DNA of 64,000 nt, taken from Candidatus Anstonellales archaeon. GTDB taxonomy: Archaea > Micrarchaeota > Micrarchaeia > Anstonellales > J096. The stretch lies in assembly GCA_038896535.1 (NCBI GenBank), contig JAWACY010000001.1:355111-419110 (forward strand), written 5' to 3'. The notes beneath the pieces are model-generated. The model saw only the letters and a list, made by a program, of their open reading frames with translations, made no database searches and was not told the origin of the DNA. The number at the start of each line of letters is the position of its first letter. The stretch's first letter is position 1. Position numbers and translations under genes: made by a program. Positions 61,753-64,000 of this stretch are shown here, one piece after another.

Positions 61753-61890
61753 TTAATCAGTGCTGACCTCTCTTGCTATTGCTGTTTTTTCCTTAAATAT
61801 AATTTTTGCTCCTGAATAAGGAAGGTTATATTCTTTTAAATTCTCAATTTCTGTTTGTTCTCCTATGGGCCATATTCTGTATTTTGGCAT
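61753..61890 (-). CDS. rpoP: DNA-directed RNA polymerase subunit Rpo12 (RpoP), cysteine-free; absent from ORF track
   Basis: MPKYRIWPIGEQTEIENLKEYNLPYSGAKIIFKEKTAIAREVSTD (45 aa), GAGGGAG upstream, directly after rpl37ae as in the conserved operon. Confidence 0.8.
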   Translation of the reverse strand: MPKYRIWPIGEQTEIENLKEYNLPYSGAKIIFKEKTAIAREVSTD

Positions 61891-61898
61891 ATTCTCCC

Positions 61899-62141
61899 TC
61901 ATATTTTATTATTCTTTATTTCAGCAAGCATTCTTTTTGCTGTTTCACCAGCTTCTGTTAGTGGCTTATAAGCCCCGCCAGCAACTTTTGTTTTGCATGA
62001 TTTGCATATAAATATTGCAAACCCGCTCCTCTTCAATTTTCTTTTTTCGCACTTTGGGCATATATAAAGTTTTTTTGCTGCTTCTTGCATTTCTTTATAA
62101 AGCTTCCTTATCTTTCTCCCATATTTTGGTGTTCTCAGCAT
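61899..62141 (-). CDS. rpl37ae: Ribosomal protein eL43 (L37Ae)
   Basis: KYGRKIRK, CPKC..CKSC zinc finger, AGGAY. Confidence 0.93.
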   Translation of the reverse strand: MLRTPKYGRKIRKLYKEMQEAAKKLYICPKCEKRKLKRSGFAIFICKSCKTKVAGGAYKPLTEAGETAKRMLAEIKNNKI

Positions 62142-62158
62142 TTTTCCACCCTAATCAA

Positions 62159-62959
62159 TTAATCAATCAAATATTTATTTAATTCTTTTGCATGTTTAAA
62201 AGCAAGATCAATAATATTTAGCACATCAGATTTTTTAAAACTGCCTGTTCCCCTTTTTTGCAATGAACAAACATAATTATTTGTTGTACTAACTATTAAT
62301 TGAGCATCGCTTGCTATATCCTCTTCATAGCTTGGGTCTAAAAGCAAGTAATCGTCAAGCTTGGAAAATGTATTGCTGACTGGCAAAGGATTTTTTAATG
62401 GCAATTTTCCAGCTATTTCATTTCTTATTATTTTTCCTTCTTCAACTTTTGGCAATCTGCAATGCTTTAATGCAAAAGAAGCTGCGAGCAGAGCAGGATC
62501 AAAAAGATTTCCTCCATAATCTATTACATATAAATCAATAAAAACGCCAAAAACCTTCCCCTCTTCTATAAAAAGCTTTTCCATATCAATGCATTCGCTG
62601 CTTCTTATAGCTCTATCAACAACTCTTGAAAATTCTATACTATTCTCATCAGGTGGGCCAGGCTCAAACTTTGCACTTGCTAAAGGCAAAAGTTCTGCAT
62701 TTGTTATTAAAGCCCCTCTGTTTGGCTCTTCTGGAAATGGTTCAACAACTTCAAGCTTTATGCCTGCAATAACCTGTGTTGAACCTATGCTTACTATTGC
62801 TGATCCTTCTGCATTGGGGATAACATTTGGTTTTGCTTCTATTTCTCTATATTCCATAAATGTTCTGCCGTCAAGCCTTTTTCCATGCTTGAGGAATTGC
62901 CCGAGAAATTCCTTTTTTTGCTTTGTTATTATCGACTGCTTACTCATTTTATCCCTCAT
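62159..62959 (-). CDS. rrp42: Exosome subunit Rrp42
   Basis: GKRLDGR, AEGSA, FEPGPPDENSIE, RVVDRAIR, DYGGNLFD. Confidence 0.95.
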   Translation of the reverse strand: MRDKMSKQSIITKQKKEFLGQFLKHGKRLDGRTFMEYREIEAKPNVIPNAEGSAIVSIGSTQVIAGIKLEVVEPFPEEPNRGALITNAELLPLASAKFEPGPPDENSIEFSRVVDRAIRSSECIDMEKLFIEEGKVFGVFIDLYVIDYGGNLFDPALLAASFALKHCRLPKVEEGKIIRNEIAGKLPLKNPLPVSNTFSKLDDYLLLDPSYEEDIASDAQLIVSTTNNYVCSLQKRGTGSFKKSDVLNIIDLAFKHAKELNKYLID

Positions 62960-63696
62960 AATTTTAATTTCTTCTCCATCTCTTTTGTATATGCCTCTTC
63001 TATAGCTTTTCTTTGTTCTTCAAAAAGTTTTTGTGCGCCTTGCCAGGTATAATCAAGGAGCTTTTCTATTTCATCTCTTTTAAGCAAGCCATCTGCTTGC
63101 AAAAGCACTATATCTCCATTCTTTGTATAACCAACTGGCATGTCTGCTTGGCCATAATTATCTTCCTCTTTTCCCAAATCAAGCACAAGCTGTCCATCAA
63201 CTTTGCCTGCTGATATGGCTGCTAAAGGCATTTTTACAGGAATACCGGCATTCATTAAAGCAAGACAAGCCGCTGTTAAAGAAGCTACTCTTGTTCCACC
63301 TTCTGCCTGTAATACTATAATATAAACATCTATTATAGTATTTGGAAATTTCTCTGTTAATGTTATATTTTCTAACGCTTCTCTTATCACTTTACTTATT
63401 TCTATGCTCCTTCTGTTTGGTCCCATCCTACCATGCTCTTCGAGACTTGCAAAAGTGCTCATGCTATAAATACATCTAAGGGTTGCTTTATGCATATCAG
63501 CAAGATGCTTTGGCAAAGCTTCTTTAGGCCCAAAAACACCTGCAAGTATTTTATTTTTTCCCCATTCTATATAAGCTGAGCCGTCAGCTTCTTCAAGAAC
63601 ACCTACCTTCATTGATATGTTACGCAACTGCAAATAGTCCCTTCCATCGATCCTTTTTCCATCAATTATTAATTTAATATCCTTTTTTACTCCCAT
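62956..63696 (-). CDS. rrp41: Exosome subunit Rrp41 (RNase PH family)
   Basis: RIDGR, ADGSAYIEWG, GPNRRSIEISK, QAEGGTR, EEDNYGQADMP. Confidence 0.95.
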   Translation of the reverse strand: MGVKKDIKLIIDGKRIDGRDYLQLRNISMKVGVLEEADGSAYIEWGKNKILAGVFGPKEALPKHLADMHKATLRCIYSMSTFASLEEHGRMGPNRRSIEISKVIREALENITLTEKFPNTIIDVYIIVLQAEGGTRVASLTAACLALMNAGIPVKMPLAAISAGKVDGQLVLDLGKEEDNYGQADMPVGYTKNGDIVLLQADGLLKRDEIEKLLDYTWQGAQKLFEEQRKAIEEAYTKEMEKKLKL

Positions 63697-63772
63697 TTTA
63701 TCTCTCTTTTTTAATTTCTTTTTTGCATTTATTCATAAATCTTTATACAAAGGTTTTTTAATTATTTATACA

Positions 63773-64000
63773 TCACAAAGAAGAGAAAATTTTCTCAATA
63801 TATTTTGCATCACATTCTTTAATTGCTTTTATTATTTCTATTAATTCCTCTTTATCAGGAAGATTATTAAAGAAAACATGGCTAAGCATAATTGCAACAG
63901 CTTCATTTATTATCTTTTCATCTTTATTGGCTAGATCTTGTAATAATACTATTGATTTTTCTTCTTTTATAATTTCATTGAACTTTTCTAAGGTTTTTTG
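63773..64000 (-). CDS. 3' end of a near-identical paralog of the 33973-34704 gene (continues beyond window)
   Basis: Reverse complement matches 34477-34704 at 224 of 228 nt. Confidence 0.88.
   Translation of the reverse strand, partial: QKTLEKFNEIIKEEKSIVLLQDLANKDEKIINEAVAIMLSHVFFNNLPDKEELIEIIKAIKECDAKYIEKIFSSL

Noticed and set aside
33973..64000. Diversity-generating retroelement template/variable repeat pair
   Set aside because: No reverse transcriptase in the window, and the four mismatches are not one-directional from template adenines

Overview
AT-rich archaeal chromosomal segment in the standard genetic code. It is most likely from a small-genome DPANN lineage, possibly Micrarchaeota-like; this is inferred from gene content (undivided rpoB, compact RNAP subunits, two FtsZ, many class III signal-peptide pilins) and not from a phylogeny. 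Most of it is housekeeping: aspS, valS, proS, rpoH-B-A'-A''-rpl30e-nusA, ftsZ1-secE-spt5, SBDS and exosome genes, cdc6, RFC, XPD, aRF1, four tRNAs and a type IV pilus locus. Six things stand out. (1) A transposase-less dispersed gene-plus-promoter repeat family occurs at four loci. Its inverted copies bracket an apparent ~33 kb inversion that split the exosome operon between rrp4 and rrp41. (2) A ~120-nt four-way-junction structured RNA candidate with its own BRE/TATA lies between cdc6 and cimA. (3) A PIN nuclease gene overlaps a minimal RNA ligase gene. (4) Rpo12 (RpoP), missed by the ORF track, has lost all four zinc-ribbon cysteines. (5) A phased TCATGA array lies in front of a coiled-coil/wHTH gene. 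(6) Short 'stutter' duplications are pervasive, including a ~460-bp insert between rpoH and rpoB. No CRISPR-Cas, integrase, transposase, reverse transcriptase, intein or rRNA was recognised.
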